NCBI GenBank assembly: GCA_021824055.1
Contig: JAKALV010000001.1
Coordinates: forward strand, 1-36,589
DNA length: 36,589 bases
Reading direction: 5' to 3'
Source of the DNA: Acidobacteriota bacterium
GTDB taxonomy: Bacteria; Acidobacteriota; Vicinamibacteria; Vicinamibacterales; SCN-69-37
Below the pieces are notes generated by a model, which did no database searches, had not been told where the DNA came from, and worked only from the letters and a program-made list of their open reading frames with translations. Made by a program: the position numbers and the translations under genes. This document shows, piece after piece, positions 27,313 through 36,589 of this stretch (the first letter of the stretch is position 1; each line of letters begins with the position of its first letter).

Positions 27313-28218
27313 CTAGACCTCCAGCTCGCGGCCCGACAGCAGCCGGTAGGCTTCCAGATATTTGGCCCGCGTGCGTGCCACGACATCGTCGGGCAGCGAG
27401 GGGACGGGAGGCTGCTTGTTCCACTTGATCTCTTCGAGATAGTCGCGGACGAACTGCTTGTCGTAGCTCGGCTGGCTGCGGCCGGGCGCGTAGTGCGCCT
27501 TCGGCCAGAAGCGGGACGAGTCCGGCGTCAGAATCTCGTCGATCAGGACCAGCTCCGTATTGTCCGGTCCGGCCAGCCCAAACTCAAGCTTCGTGTCCGC
27601 GATGATGATGCCGCAGGTTTCGGCGTGGGCGACGCCGCGCGCGTAGATGGCGAGCGTCAGGTCGCGCAGGCGCCTGATGAGCGCGGCCCCGACGATCTCG
27701 CCGGCGCGCTCCTCGCTGATGTTCTCGTCGTGACCCGATTCCGCCTTGGTGGCCGGGGTGAAGATGGCTGTGGGCAGCCGGTCCGAATCCCTCAAGCCCG
27801 CCGGCAGCGCATGGCCGCAGACGGCCCCCGTCTTGTTGTAGTCCTTCAGGCCGGAACCCGAGAGAAAGCCGCGCGCGACGCACTCGACCGGCAGCGGATT
27901 CGTCTTCCGGACCAGCATCGACCGGCCGCGCAGGATGTCGCGGTGCGGTCTGGTGGCGGCGGGGAAGTCGGCGACATCGATCGACACGAGATGGTGCGGC
28001 GTCAGATCACCGATCTTGCCGAACCAGAAGGCCGACAGCTGCGTGAGGACCTTGCCCTTGTCCGGTATCCCGGAACCGAGCACGTAGTCGAACGCCGAAA
28101 TGCGATCGGTCGCGACGATCAAGAGATGTTCGCCGAGATCGTAGACATCGCGTACTTTGCCGCGACGCTGCAGCGTGAGGCCCGAAAGATTCGTCTCCAG
28201 TACCAATGAGGTTGCCAT
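27313..28218 (-). CDS. purC: Phosphoribosylaminoimidazole-succinocarboxamide (SAICAR) synthase
   Basis: RGKVRDVYDLGEHLLIVATDRISAFD, DTKLEFG and DEILTPDSSRFW motifs. I prefer ATG 28218 (MATSLVLETNL...) over the track start 28266. Confidence 0.93.
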   Translation of the reverse strand: MATSLVLETNLSGLTLQRRGKVRDVYDLGEHLLIVATDRISAFDYVLGSGIPDKGKVLTQLSAFWFGKIGDLTPHHLVSIDVADFPAATRPHRDILRGRSMLVRKTNPLPVECVARGFLSGSGLKDYNKTGAVCGHALPAGLRDSDRLPTAIFTPATKAESGHDENISEERAGEIVGAALIRRLRDLTLAIYARGVAHAETCGIIIADTKLEFGLAGPDNTELVLIDEILTPDSSRFWPKAHYAPGRSQPSYDKQFVRDYLEEIKWNKQPPVPSLPDDVVARTRAKYLEAYRLLSGRELEV

Positions 28219-28290
28219 GCGGACAAGAAGAAATGGAAGCGTACGCACCTGCGCGAACGAGGTCAAGTCCGATACGCGTTTTCGTGCGGG

Positions 28291-29409
28291 TTATTTTTTG
28301 CTTGATTTTTTCAGCACGATGTTTGCGCCCTGATTGCGCAGGGAAACGCGGGGCGCCGCCGCGGACGGCGCGCTCAGCGCGACGTCGAGACGCGCGTCCA
28401 CCGGCGATGTCGTGGCGGTCTGTCCCCAGTCGGCGGCGTCGATCGCGCCATTGGCCGCCACCGCGTCGACGTGCACTCCCGCGGGATCGCGCCAGCTCAC
28501 GCGCAATTCCTCATCGCTGGTCACAATGCTTCCGCTGACGCCAGACGCGAGCTCCGCGTCCACTTCGGTGCGACGCAAGTCCAGGTGCACCTCGTCGGTG
28601 GCCCCCACGATGCGAACCTGACCATCCGCGCCCGAGATCTTCACGGGGCCGCGGTGGCCGCGAATGGTGATGTCGCCGCGCCGTGCCTCGATCTCGAGGG
28701 GCCCCCGCGATCCGGTGATCTCGGTGTCCCCGTCATTGACCTCGAGCGACTGGGTGCCGGTGACCTCGCTGATGCGGGCGCGCGTCCGCGAAAGCGTCAT
28801 CCTGAGCGTCTTGATCGACGCGAGCGTGATCGTGCCGCCGTTCTGCGTGCCCGTGACCTGTTCCGCGACGTGGTCGATCACCGTCGTGCCCCGCGCGGGG
28901 TTGGTAAGGTCCACCGAGCGCACGTTGGAAATCGATGTCTCGCGGGTTCCGTCCATCCTGACGCCAAGGCGGAGTGGAATCTTCAGGACGGCCTGCGAGG
29001 TCTGGGTCTCGTCCTTGGGAAACACCACCCGCAGGGCCAGGACCCCGCCGACGCGGTCTTCGGAAACGGTGGTCTGGTTGGCCAAGGCGATGGCCGCGTC
29101 CTGGTTCTCGCCGGTCGATGCGACGGTCAGTTCGAGCGAGACGTTGTCACGGGCTTCACCAAGGATCTTCACGGGGCCGGCCGAACCGGCGATGCTCACA
29201 TGTGTGATGTCCGTGCCGACCGGGAACGTCAGCGTCCGCGGCGGCGCCGTGTAGCTCTGATTGCCGTGCATCTGGCGCCGTGCCGAATCGAGGAGTTTGG
29301 AGAACGAGAACCCGCCCGGCTGCTCTTTCGCTGGTGGCGCGCTGAACTGAAACGCAATCGTGCCGAGGGCAACAAACGCCACCAGAATCAGTAACTCTCG
29401 TTTTCCCAT
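28291..29409 (-). CDS. Secreted/anchored beta-repeat protein, DUF4097-like (putative adhesin fold)
   Basis: Start trimmed to ATG 29409 (MGKRELLILVAFVALGTIAF). It has repetitive short beta-strand units such as GDTEITGSRGPLEIEARRGDITIRGHRGPVKISGADGQVRIVG, typical of DUF4097-type proteins. The family call is by eye only. Confidence 0.65.
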   Translation of the reverse strand: MGKRELLILVAFVALGTIAFQFSAPPAKEQPGGFSFSKLLDSARRQMHGNQSYTAPPRTLTFPVGTDITHVSIAGSAGPVKILGEARDNVSLELTVASTGENQDAAIALANQTTVSEDRVGGVLALRVVFPKDETQTSQAVLKIPLRLGVRMDGTRETSISNVRSVDLTNPARGTTVIDHVAEQVTGTQNGGTITLASIKTLRMTLSRTRARISEVTGTQSLEVNDGDTEITGSRGPLEIEARRGDITIRGHRGPVKISGADGQVRIVGATDEVHLDLRRTEVDAELASGVSGSIVTSDEELRVSWRDPAGVHVDAVAANGAIDAADWGQTATTSPVDARLDVALSAPSAAAPRVSLRNQGANIVLKKSSKK

Positions 29410-29450
29410 AGACTTGCCGCCAATCTTATAGTACGAACTGTGCAACTCGC

Positions 29451-30473
29451 GTGATGATGCCCGCTTCGTCCCACCGCGGTTTTCCCTGGCACACCGTGGT
29501 CATTGCCGCTCTCACGCTCGCGCTGGTCGCGTGGTTTCTCCGCGGCATCAACTTTCGCAGCCTGGGCCAGGCCCTCGCCAACGCGCATTTCGGCTTGATC
29601 GGCGCCGCCGTGCTCGTGACCCTACAGACATATACGTTCCGCGCGTGGCGCTGGCAGGCGCTCTTGGCGCCGATCGGCGGCGCGTCGTTTCGAAACAGCT
29701 TCCGCATCACCGTGATCGGGTTCACGGCCAGCAATCTGTTGCCCGGCCGGCTCGGCGAAGTGCTGCGGCCGTACCTCATGTCGAAGGCGGAGCCGGTGCG
29801 GGCGGCGGCGGCGCTGGCCACCGTCCTGATCGAGCGGCTGTTGGACTTGGCCACCGTGATGTTGCTGTTCGGCGTCTTTCTCATGACGTCGGCCGTTGAC
29901 GTGGGGCCCGACGTGAAGTGGGCCGGCCTGGCCGCGTCCGTGGTTGCGGTCGTGGCGCTCTCCGGTCTCGTGTTCGGGGCCGGCCGCCCGGACACGCTCC
30001 GCCGCATCGCGGACGCTCTGGCCGCCCGGTTGCCCGCGCGGCTGGCGGACGTGGCGCGGCGCTTTGCGCACATGCTGGTGGACGGGCTTGCCGTCATGCG
30101 CCAGCCGCGCCAGCTCGTTGTGGCGGTGTTCATGTCGCTGTGCCTGTGGCTGTCGATCGCGGCCGGCATCTGGCTGTCATCGCGCGCGCTCGATTTGACG
30201 ATGCCCTTTCCCGCGACGTTCCTCATCATGATGTATCTGGTGGTCGGCGTCTCCGTCCCCGTGCCGGCCGGCGTCGGCAGTTTCCATTTCATGTACCAGC
30301 TGGCGGTGACCACGGTGCTCGGCGCCGGCCGGGAGCAGGCCGCGGCGGGCGCGATCGTGCTGCACGCGGTGTTCTTTGTACCGATTTCCCTGCTGGGATT
30401 GGCGTTCATGGCGCAAGATGGATGGACGCTGGCGCGGCTGCGCGGCGTGGAGCCGGACGGAGGCCTGAAGTGA
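29451..30473 (+). CDS. UPF0104 / lysylphosphatidylglycerol-synthase-TM-region-like (flippase-like) integral membrane protein
   Basis: 340 aa with about 8 TM segments. The motif region [14 protein letters not shown]...[26 protein letters not shown] is characteristic of this family. The start may be GTG 29451 or ATG 29454/29457. Confidence 0.75.
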   Translation: MMMPASSHRGFPWHTVVIAALTLALVAWFLRGINFRSLGQALANAHFGLIGAAVLVTLQTYTFRAWRWQALLAPIGGASFRNSFRITVIGFTASNLLPGRLGEVLRPYLMSKAEPVRAAAALATVLIERLLDLATVMLLFGVFLMTSAVDVGPDVKWAGLAASVVAVVALSGLVFGAGRPDTLRRIADALAARLPARLADVARRFAHMLVDGLAVMRQPRQLVVAVFMSLCLWLSIAAGIWLSSRALDLTMPFPATFLIMMYLVVGVSVPVPAGVGSFHFMYQLAVTTVLGAGREQAAAGAIVLHAVFFVPISLLGLAFMAQDGWTLARLRGVEPDGGLK

Positions 30474-30928
30474 AGTGTCCGTATTGCGGGCATCTGGGTG
30501 ACAAAGTCGTCGATTCCCGCGAAAGCAAGGAAGGCGAGGCCATCCGCCGTCGCCGCGAATGTCTGGAATGCGGGCGGCGGTTCACCAGCTACGAGCGCAT
30601 CGACGAAATCCCCTACATGGTGGTCAAGAAGGACGGCCGGCGCGAGCGGTTCGAGCGTCAGAAATTTGTGGCCGGCCTGCTGAAGGCGTGCGAGAAGCGC
30701 CCGGTGCGCGTGGCGGCGCTCGAGGCCATCGCCGACAAGGTGGAATCGGCGCTGCAGGAAAAGCCCGAGCGCGAAATGACGACCGAGGAAATCGGCGCGC
30801 ACGTGATGGAGGAGCTCAAGCGTCTCGACAAGGTCGCCTACGTGCGGTTCGCCTCCGTCTATCGCAACTTCCGGGATATCGACGAGTTCAAGAACGAGTT
30901 GAACGACCTCTTGAAGGCGCGCGAATGA
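30470..30928 (+). CDS. nrdR: Transcriptional repressor NrdR (zinc ribbon + ATP-cone)
   Basis: GTG at 30470 overlaps the upstream TGA (GTGA). The product begins [46 protein letters not shown]... and includes [18 protein letters not shown]. Only the C-terminal 152 aa of track ORF 29918..30928 are real. Confidence 0.93.
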   Translation: MKCPYCGHLGDKVVDSRESKEGEAIRRRRECLECGRRFTSYERIDEIPYMVVKKDGRRERFERQKFVAGLLKACEKRPVRVAALEAIADKVESALQEKPEREMTTEEIGAHVMEELKRLDKVAYVRFASVYRNFRDIDEFKNELNDLLKARE

Positions 30929-31467
30929 CGACGCCCCGGCGCCGCTTCGGCGTGCTGATGCTGCTGTGGAGCGCTGCGGCCGCGACGCTGCTGGCCGCCG
31001 ATGTCCGGGTGACGCCGCTCGTGAGCGAGGGGCGGGTGTACGCGTCGTTTGCCGCCCCCGACAGTTACACTCCCGAGGTGCGCGAGGCGGTGCAAAGCGG
31101 CCTGCCGACCACCCTCACGTTCTTCGTCGAGTTGCGCCAGGCGTCGGTGATCTGGTTCGATCACACCGTCGCCAGCGTGACCGTGGCCTCGTCCATCAAG
31201 TACGACACGCTGACACGCGCGTTCCTGGTCTCGAAGATGACCGACGGCCAGGTGTTCTCGTCGCGCGGCACGGACAAGGAAGCCGACGTGAGGGCCTGGG
31301 CGACCGAGTTTGAGCGCGTCAGCCTGTCGAACGGCGATAACCTCGAACCGAACGGCGAGTACTACGTGCGCGTGCGCATGCGCACCACGCCGCGCCGCAG
31401 CCTGTCCATCTGGCCCTGGAGCCGCGACGACGCGGCCGGCCGCGCGGATTTCACCTTCATTCGCTAG
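30925..31467 (+). CDS. DUF4390-like secreted protein
   Basis: ATG 30925 overlaps the nrdR stop (ATGA). Signal [25 protein letters not shown]. About 180 aa. It sits immediately upstream of an NtrY-like kinase, the classical DUF4390 neighbourhood. The family call is by eye and context. Confidence 0.65.
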   Translation: MTTPRRRFGVLMLLWSAAAATLLAADVRVTPLVSEGRVYASFAAPDSYTPEVREAVQSGLPTTLTFFVELRQASVIWFDHTVASVTVASSIKYDTLTRAFLVSKMTDGQVFSSRGTDKEADVRAWATEFERVSLSNGDNLEPNGEYYVRVRMRTTPRRSLSIWPWSRDDAAGRADFTFIR

Positions 31468-31472
31468 CGGCC

Positions 31473-33731
31473 GTGGCCCCCGTTTCCCTGCTGACACCCG
31501 AGCCCGCCGCGCCGGCACCGTCGCCGCGCCGGCGGCCCTTCGACAATCCGCGCCTGATCGGCACGGTGGTCTTTGCGCTGGTCGCGCTCCTGGTGTTCCT
31601 GTTCCTGGCCGCCACCCGCACCGAACAGCTGCGCCCGGAATTCATCAGCGACGTCGTGGTCTACGCGCTGTCCGCCGTCGATCTGGCGATGCTCGTGGCG
31701 CTCGTCTTCGTGCTGGCGCGCAACGTGCTGAAACTGTGGGTGGAGCGGCGGCGCGCGCTGCCGTTCGCGCGCTTTCGCGCCAAGCTCGTGGCGGCGTTGC
31801 TCGCGATGACGATCGTGCCGTCGGTGCTCGTGCTGCTGATCGGCAGCGAGATGATCAACAGCTCGGCGCAGCGCTGGTTCAGCACGCCGGCGGAGGAACT
31901 GGTGAACGCCGCCAATGACATCGCGCAGCGCGTCTACACCGACCGCGCGACCGTGGCCGTGGCGCGGGCCCAACGGCTGGCGTCGACCCTGGCCGCCGAC
32001 GCGGTGGCGGCCGGTGATCTCGCGGTGCTGCAGCCGCTGCTGGCGTCCGAAGTGGCGTCGACCTCGACCGGCATGGTCGAACTCTACCGGGTGGTGGACA
32101 ACCGGGACAGCGCACCGGACGCGGTGTTTCTGACCTCGGTGGGCGAGTCGAGCATGCCCCGCAGCCATGCGATGGCCTCGGCCGATCGGCTGGCCTCGCG
32201 CGTCGCCGCGTCCGGCCGGCCCGAGAAACTCGACGATCAGATCACGGATGTCCTGCTCATCCGGGCGGCGGCGCCGATCCGGGGTGTCGGCGGAACGATC
32301 GTCGGCGTGGTGGTGGCGTCCGAGGCGATGAGCGGCCAGATCAATGCGCGCGCGCGGTTCATGGCCGATGCGTTCAGCCAGTACCAGCAGCTGAGCGTGT
32401 TGAAGCGCCCGTTGCAGGGGTTCTACCTGTCGTTCTTCCTGATGGTCACGTTGCTGATTCTGGTCAGCGCGACGTGGTTCGGGCTGTTCGTGGCGAAGCG
32501 GATCACGCGCCCCGTCCAGATGCTCGCGGAAGGCGCGCGCGCCGTCGGCGCCGGTCAGCTCGATCTGCGCATCGAACCCGATTCGAGCGATGAGCTCGGA
32601 TCGCTGGTCGAGGCCTTCAACACGATGGCCGCGGAGCTGCGCACGAGTCACGAGCGCCTCGACGCGCGCCGCCGATACATCGAGACGATTCTCGAGCGTG
32701 TCGCCACCGGCGTGATCTCGCTGACGGCCGACGGCAGAGTCTCCACGGTGAACGGCGCGGCGCAGCGGCTGCTGGGACTGGATGCCCGGGCGATCGGCCA
32801 GCCGGCGGCCAGCGTGTTTGCGCGGGAGGATCTCGCGCCGCTTCTGCCGATCATTGACGTCACCGGGCAGGGATGGCAGGCGGGCCTGGTCGAGGAGATC
32901 ACGCTGGCGCGCGAGGAACGGGAGATTCATCTCGCGGTGGCCTCCACGATGCTGATCGCGGAGGGCGGGAAGCGCGAGGGCGCGGTCGTGGTGCTCGACG
33001 ATGTGACCCCGCTGATCCGCGCGCAACGCGTGGCGGCCTGGCGCGACGTCGCGCGGCGCCTCGCGCATGAGATCAAGAACCCGCTCACCCCCATCCAGCT
33101 CAGCGCCGAGCGTCTGCAGCGGAATTTCGCCACCGCGCCGCCCAACGCGCGGGCCCTGGTCGAGGAGTGCACCGGAGCGATCATCACCGAGGTCGAGGCG
33201 CTGAAGGGACTGGTCGACGAGTTCGCGCAGTTTGCACGAATGCGGGGGCCCAAGCTGGTTCCGGCGGATCTGAACCTCCTCGCGGCCGATACCGTGCGGC
33301 TCTATCGCGGCGTGCTGCAGCAGGGGGCGCTCGAGCTGACGCACGATCTGCAGCCGGCGCTGCCGCCCGTGCGCGTGGATCCGGAGCAGATGCGGCAGGT
33401 GCTCATCAATCTGGTCGACAACGCGATCGATGCCCTCGGCGGCGCGGCCGCCGGCGCGCGGCCCAACGGCGAGCGTCCGCGCATCACCGTCGCCACCTCC
33501 CATGAGACCGGGAGCGGCGTCGTGCGGGTGACCGTGACGGACAACGGTCCGGGCATCCCGCTGGCCGACCGTGAAAAGCTGTTCCTGCCGTACTATTCGA
33601 CCAAGGGGCGCGGCAGCGGCCTCGGGCTGGCGATTGTCCGCCGCATCATCACGGAGCATGGAGGCACCGTGGAGGTCGCCGATGCCGTTTTGCAGGGGAC
33701 CGTGTTCACGGTGGACCTGCCGGCCGCATAG
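31473..33731 (+). CDS. NtrY-like sensor histidine kinase (multi-TM, HAMP, PAS, HisKA, HATPase_c)
   Basis: 752 aa with a GTG start. N-terminal TM bundle. HAMP ITRPVQMLAEGARAVGAGQLDLRI...ELGSLVEAFNTMAAEL. H-box ARRLAHEIKNPLTPIQLSAERL. N/G boxes LINLVDNAIDAL, DNGPGIP and GSGLGLAIVRRII. Confidence 0.9.
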   Translation: MAPVSLLTPEPAAPAPSPRRRPFDNPRLIGTVVFALVALLVFLFLAATRTEQLRPEFISDVVVYALSAVDLAMLVALVFVLARNVLKLWVERRRALPFARFRAKLVAALLAMTIVPSVLVLLIGSEMINSSAQRWFSTPAEELVNAANDIAQRVYTDRATVAVARAQRLASTLAADAVAAGDLAVLQPLLASEVASTSTGMVELYRVVDNRDSAPDAVFLTSVGESSMPRSHAMASADRLASRVAASGRPEKLDDQITDVLLIRAAAPIRGVGGTIVGVVVASEAMSGQINARARFMADAFSQYQQLSVLKRPLQGFYLSFFLMVTLLILVSATWFGLFVAKRITRPVQMLAEGARAVGAGQLDLRIEPDSSDELGSLVEAFNTMAAELRTSHERLDARRRYIETILERVATGVISLTADGRVSTVNGAAQRLLGLDARAIGQPAASVFAREDLAPLLPIIDVTGQGWQAGLVEEITLAREEREIHLAVASTMLIAEGGKREGAVVVLDDVTPLIRAQRVAAWRDVARRLAHEIKNPLTPIQLSAERLQRNFATAPPNARALVEECTGAIITEVEALKGLVDEFAQFARMRGPKLVPADLNLLAADTVRLYRGVLQQGALELTHDLQPALPPVRVDPEQMRQVLINLVDNAIDALGGAAAGARPNGERPRITVATSHETGSGVVRVTVTDNGPGIPLADREKLFLPYYSTKGRGSGLGLAIVRRIITEHGGTVEVADAVLQGTVFTVDLPAA

Positions 33732-33734
33732 ATT

Positions 33735-35132
33735 ATGTCGTCCATTTTGATCGTCGATGACGAAGCTGGGGTGCGCGCGTCGCTCGCGGGCGTGTTGCGC
33801 GACGAGGGCTACACGGTGGATGCCGTGGAGAGCGGTGAAGCGTGTCTCGAGCAGGTGACGCGGCAGGCCTACGATGTGATCCTGCTCGACATCTGGCTGC
33901 CCGGCATCGACGGATTGGCCACCCTGGAACGCCTGCGTGAGCGGCGTGTGGAGGGGCCGGTCATCATGATTTCCGGCCATGGCACGGTCGAAACCGCCAT
34001 GCGCGCCACACGTCTCGGCGCGTTCGACTTCATCGAAAAGCCGCTGTCGATCGACAAGACCGTGCTGGCCGTGCGCAACGCGATTCGGCAGCGCCGCCTC
34101 GAGGTGGAGAACCGGGCGCTGCGCGCGCGCGTGGACCGCCCGCTCGTCATCGTGGGGGCCAGTCCCGTGATGGCCGCCTTGCGTGAGCAGATCGGCATGG
34201 CGGCGCCGACCAACGGCCGCGTCCTGATCTCCGGGGAAAACGGCACCGGCAAGGAACTGGTGGCGCGCCAGATTCACGCGCTCAGCCAGCGACGGACCGG
34301 CCCGTTCGTCGAAGTCAACTGCGCCGCCATCCCCGAAGAGCTGATTGAGTCCGAACTGTTCGGCCACATGAAGGGCGCGTTCACGGGGGCGGTGGCGGAT
34401 CGCCGGGGGAAGTTCGAGCTCGCCACCGGCGGCACGCTGTTCCTCGACGAAGTGGGCGACATGAGCCTGAAGACGCAGGCCAAGGTCCTGCGGGCGCTGC
34501 AGGAGCAGATCATCGAACCGGTGGGCGGCCACACGAGCGTGCGCGTGGACGTGCGGGTGCTGGCGGCGACCAACAAGGACCTGCCGGAGGAAATCCGCGC
34601 CGGCCGGTTCCGCGAGGACCTGTTCTTCCGGCTCAATGTCATTCCCCTGGCCGTGCCGCCGCTGCGGGAGCGCGGCGCCGATGTGATTCGGCTCGCGGAA
34701 CATTTCATCGCGGAGTTCGCCAGCGAATACGGGCGCCGCATGAAGCGCCTGACGCCCGAGGCCGCGCAGGCGCTGTGCGGCTATCGATGGCCGGGCAATG
34801 TGCGCGAACTGCGCAACGTGATCGAACGGCTGATGATCATGGTGCCGAGTGACACCATCGCGGTGGAGGATCTCTGGTTCCTCGACGAGCTGTTGGTGGT
34901 GCCGGTCCCGCCGGCCGCGGTGGCCCGGCCGGCGCTGGCCACCGGCGCGGCGGTCCGGCCGCTCTACGAGGCGCGCGACGCGTGGGAACGCGAGTATCTG
35001 TTGCAGGCCCTGGCGGCCTTCGACGGCAACATGTCGCGCACCGCGGATGCCCTCGGCGTGGAGCGCAGCAATCTGTATCGGAAGATGCGCGGCCTCGGGA
35101 TCCACACCCGCAAAGACGACGAACCGCTGTAG
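33735..35132 (+). CDS. Sigma-54-dependent response regulator (REC, AAA+, Fis-HTH; NtrC/NtrX-like)
   Basis: 465 aa. REC ILIVDDEAGVR...VILLDIWLPGIDG. Walker A GENGTGKE. GAFTGA loop present (MKGAFTGAVADRRGKFELA). Also has LFLDEVGDM, WPGNVRELRNVIER and a C-terminal HTH MSRTADALGVERSNLYRKMR. Confidence 0.93.
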   Translation: MSSILIVDDEAGVRASLAGVLRDEGYTVDAVESGEACLEQVTRQAYDVILLDIWLPGIDGLATLERLRERRVEGPVIMISGHGTVETAMRATRLGAFDFIEKPLSIDKTVLAVRNAIRQRRLEVENRALRARVDRPLVIVGASPVMAALREQIGMAAPTNGRVLISGENGTGKELVARQIHALSQRRTGPFVEVNCAAIPEELIESELFGHMKGAFTGAVADRRGKFELATGGTLFLDEVGDMSLKTQAKVLRALQEQIIEPVGGHTSVRVDVRVLAATNKDLPEEIRAGRFREDLFFRLNVIPLAVPPLRERGADVIRLAEHFIAEFASEYGRRMKRLTPEAAQALCGYRWPGNVRELRNVIERLMIMVPSDTIAVEDLWFLDELLVVPVPPAAVARPALATGAAVRPLYEARDAWEREYLLQALAAFDGNMSRTADALGVERSNLYRKMRGLGIHTRKDDEPL

Positions 35133-35152
35133 CCCTGAAACGCGCGCCCGCG

Positions 35153-36043
35153 CTAGCCGCGGAGCTTGTTTTCCAGAACCTGGCCGTCGTGGAAGCGATC
35201 GAGCTGCAGGTACCAGGCGGCCGATGCGGTCAGCGCCGCCTGGGGAATCAGGCCGATGATCTCGCTCTCGAGCACCTCGACGCCGTACCGCGCGGCCTCC
35301 CGCTTGACCAGCTCGAAGACGCGGAACACGGGCGTCTTCTCGTAATTGGTCAGATTCATCGAGACCTGCACGATGTCCCGGTCACCCAGTTCGATGCCCA
35401 TCGCTTTCACAAACCGCAGGCCGCCCGAACTGTGGCGCACCGCGGTCGCGATCTTCTTGGCCACATCGAGACGGTGGGTGGCCAGGTTGATGTTGTAGGC
35501 GATCAGCGGCATGCGCGCGCCGATGACCGAGGCGCCCGCCGACGGATGCGGCTGCGCGGGGCCGAAGTCGGGCCGCCAGTCGGTGCCGGCCATCTTCGTC
35601 GCGAGTCCTTCGAATTCGCCGCGGCGGACGTCTTCGAGATTGTGACGCGAGGGCTGACTGGCGGCCTCTTCATACAGGTAGATCGGCAGCTGGTGCCGGT
35701 CGGCGACCTCTGCGGCAACCGCTTTCGCCATCGCCACGCAATCGCTCATCGTCACGCCCTCGATCGGCACGAACGGCACCACGTCGACGGCTCCCATGCG
35801 GGGATGCTCGCCGGTATGCCGCCGCAGATCGATCAGCGGCAGCGCCGCGTCGAAAAGGGCCAGCACCGCCGCCCGCACCTCCGCGGGTTCACCGGCAAAG
35901 GTGTATACGGTTCGGTTGTGCGACGAATCGGGCTTCACGTCGAGCAGGCGCACCCCGGTCTCCGTGATGGCGTTCGCGCAGGCGTCGAGGACGTCCTGCC
36001 GGCGGCCCTCGCTGATGTTCGGAATGCACTCGACAATGGCCAT
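35153..36043 (-). CDS. Glutamate formimidoyltransferase (FtcD N-terminal-type)
   Basis: 296 aa. It starts MAIVECIPNISEGRRQDVLD, the hallmark N-terminus of formiminotransferases. DSSHNRTVYTFAG and RMGAVDVVPFVPI are also present. Confidence 0.88.
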   Translation of the reverse strand: MAIVECIPNISEGRRQDVLDACANAITETGVRLLDVKPDSSHNRTVYTFAGEPAEVRAAVLALFDAALPLIDLRRHTGEHPRMGAVDVVPFVPIEGVTMSDCVAMAKAVAAEVADRHQLPIYLYEEAASQPSRHNLEDVRRGEFEGLATKMAGTDWRPDFGPAQPHPSAGASVIGARMPLIAYNINLATHRLDVAKKIATAVRHSSGGLRFVKAMGIELGDRDIVQVSMNLTNYEKTPVFRVFELVKREAARYGVEVLESEIIGLIPQAALTASAAWYLQLDRFHDGQVLENKLRG

Positions 36044-36069
36044 GGCGGATTTGTACCACAGGAAGCCTC

Positions 36070-36098
36070 TTGTACTGTTCGAGCCGGGTCGCTATAAT
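36070..36098 (+). promoter_or_regulatory. Sigma-70-type promoter candidate for the terminal partial ORF
   Basis: TTGTAC (36070..36075), an exact 17-nt spacer, then a perfect TATAAT (36093..36098). ATG 36116 lies 17 nt after the -10, so the leader would be only about 10 nt. Confidence 0.5.
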
Positions 36099-36115
36099 CG
36101 CTGCCAGGCTGATTG

Positions 36116-36589
36116 ATGGCAGAGACTCGCCGCACCGATCTGCTCGATGCAGGTGCTGATCCCGATCGGGACAGCCGGGTGGAATCGTTGCTGGTGGAAG
36201 GACTCGACCGCTACTTCCTGGGCCGCTACGAAGACGCCATCCACATCTGGACCCGCGTACTGTTCCTTGATCGCACGCATCCCCGCGCCCGCGCGTACAT
36301 CGACCGGGCCCGCACGGCGCTCGCCGAACGCCAGCGGCGCGCCGATGAGCTGCTGCACGCCAGCCAGGCGCTGCTCGAGCAGGGGCGCACGAGCGATGCG
36401 CGGGAGCTGTTGACCGAAGCGATCGCCGCGACCGGCGATGACGAGCGGGCGGCCGCGCTCCGCATGCGCCTCGAGCGGGCGGAACGCGCCCAGTCGGGAT
36501 TGCCGGCTCGGGTTTCCAACCACGATTCGGCGGCATCCGAAACCGAGGCGTTCCTGCAGACCCCGGGGGTGTGGTGGACCCTGGTGGGT
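36116..36589 (+). CDS. Hypothetical protein with TPR-like N-terminal helices; partial, continues past the window end
   Basis: Not in the ORF track because there is no stop within the window. Hand translation gives MAETRRTDLLDAGADPDRDSRVESLLVEGLDRYFLGRYEDAIHIWTRVLFLDRTHPRARAYIDRARTALAERQRRADELLHASQALLEQGRTSDARELL... The frame is open for 158 codons with genome-typical codon bias. Confidence 0.6.
   Translation, partial: MAETRRTDLLDAGADPDRDSRVESLLVEGLDRYFLGRYEDAIHIWTRVLFLDRTHPRARAYIDRARTALAERQRRADELLHASQALLEQGRTSDARELLTEAIAATGDDERAAALRMRLERAERAQSGLPARVSNHDSAASETEAFLQTPGVWWTLVG

Noticed and set aside
31464-35105. 1213-aa ORF on the minus strand, the longest in the window
   Set aside because: It lies exactly antisense to the well-supported NtrY-like and sigma-54 regulator genes. 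Its sequence is Arg/His/Gly/Asp-rich with no recognisable motif. Codon-aligned antisense frames stay open in high-GC genomes because the sense codons TTA, CTA and TCA are rare.

Overview
36.6-kb high-GC bacterial chromosomal segment. Hand counts give about 68% G+C in typical coding stretches. The protein repertoire resembles Acidobacteriota-type genomes, but that is inference only. I support 33 protein-coding genes. Two of them run off the window edges and are missing from the supplied ORF track. I saw no rRNA, tRNA, CRISPR array, transposase or integrase. Gene order is as follows. (1) A roughly 12-kb minus-strand run: SpoIID-like lipoprotein, ECF sigma, ZAS-type anti-sigma, IspH, Spy/CpxP-like LTxxQ protein, TolC-like OMF, RND adaptor, RND pump, MacA-like adaptor and a MacB/LolD-like ATPase. 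(2) A REC-GAF-PAS-HK-REC hybrid kinase, pckA and gatB. (3) A roughly 55% GC islet with a Cys-rich orphan ORF behind a consensus promoter. (4) A second ECF sigma / anti-sigma / secreted TonB-C-terminal-domain module. (5) rnr, tatA, tonB, and groES-groEL with a CIRCE operator. (6) purC plus a 70-aa Fis-type HTH gene, a DUF4097-like protein and a UPF0104-like membrane protein. (7) A translationally coupled nrdR-DUF4390-NtrY-like-NtrC/NtrX-like chain. (8) A formimidoyltransferase and a partial TPR-like ORF. Most of the window is ordinary core genome. The most unusual feature is a roughly 400-bp non-coding structure at 26661..27057. It consists of two opposed arrays of an 8-bp tandem repeat (ATCGGGGR on one arm, its reverse complement on the other). 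It sits between the stop codon of the Fis-type HTH gene and the groESL promoter/CIRCE and overlaps the promoter -35. It has strong hairpin and G-quadruplex potential. All family names rest on motif recognition by eye; no database search was possible. The many long ORFs antisense to real genes are treated as high-GC artefacts.
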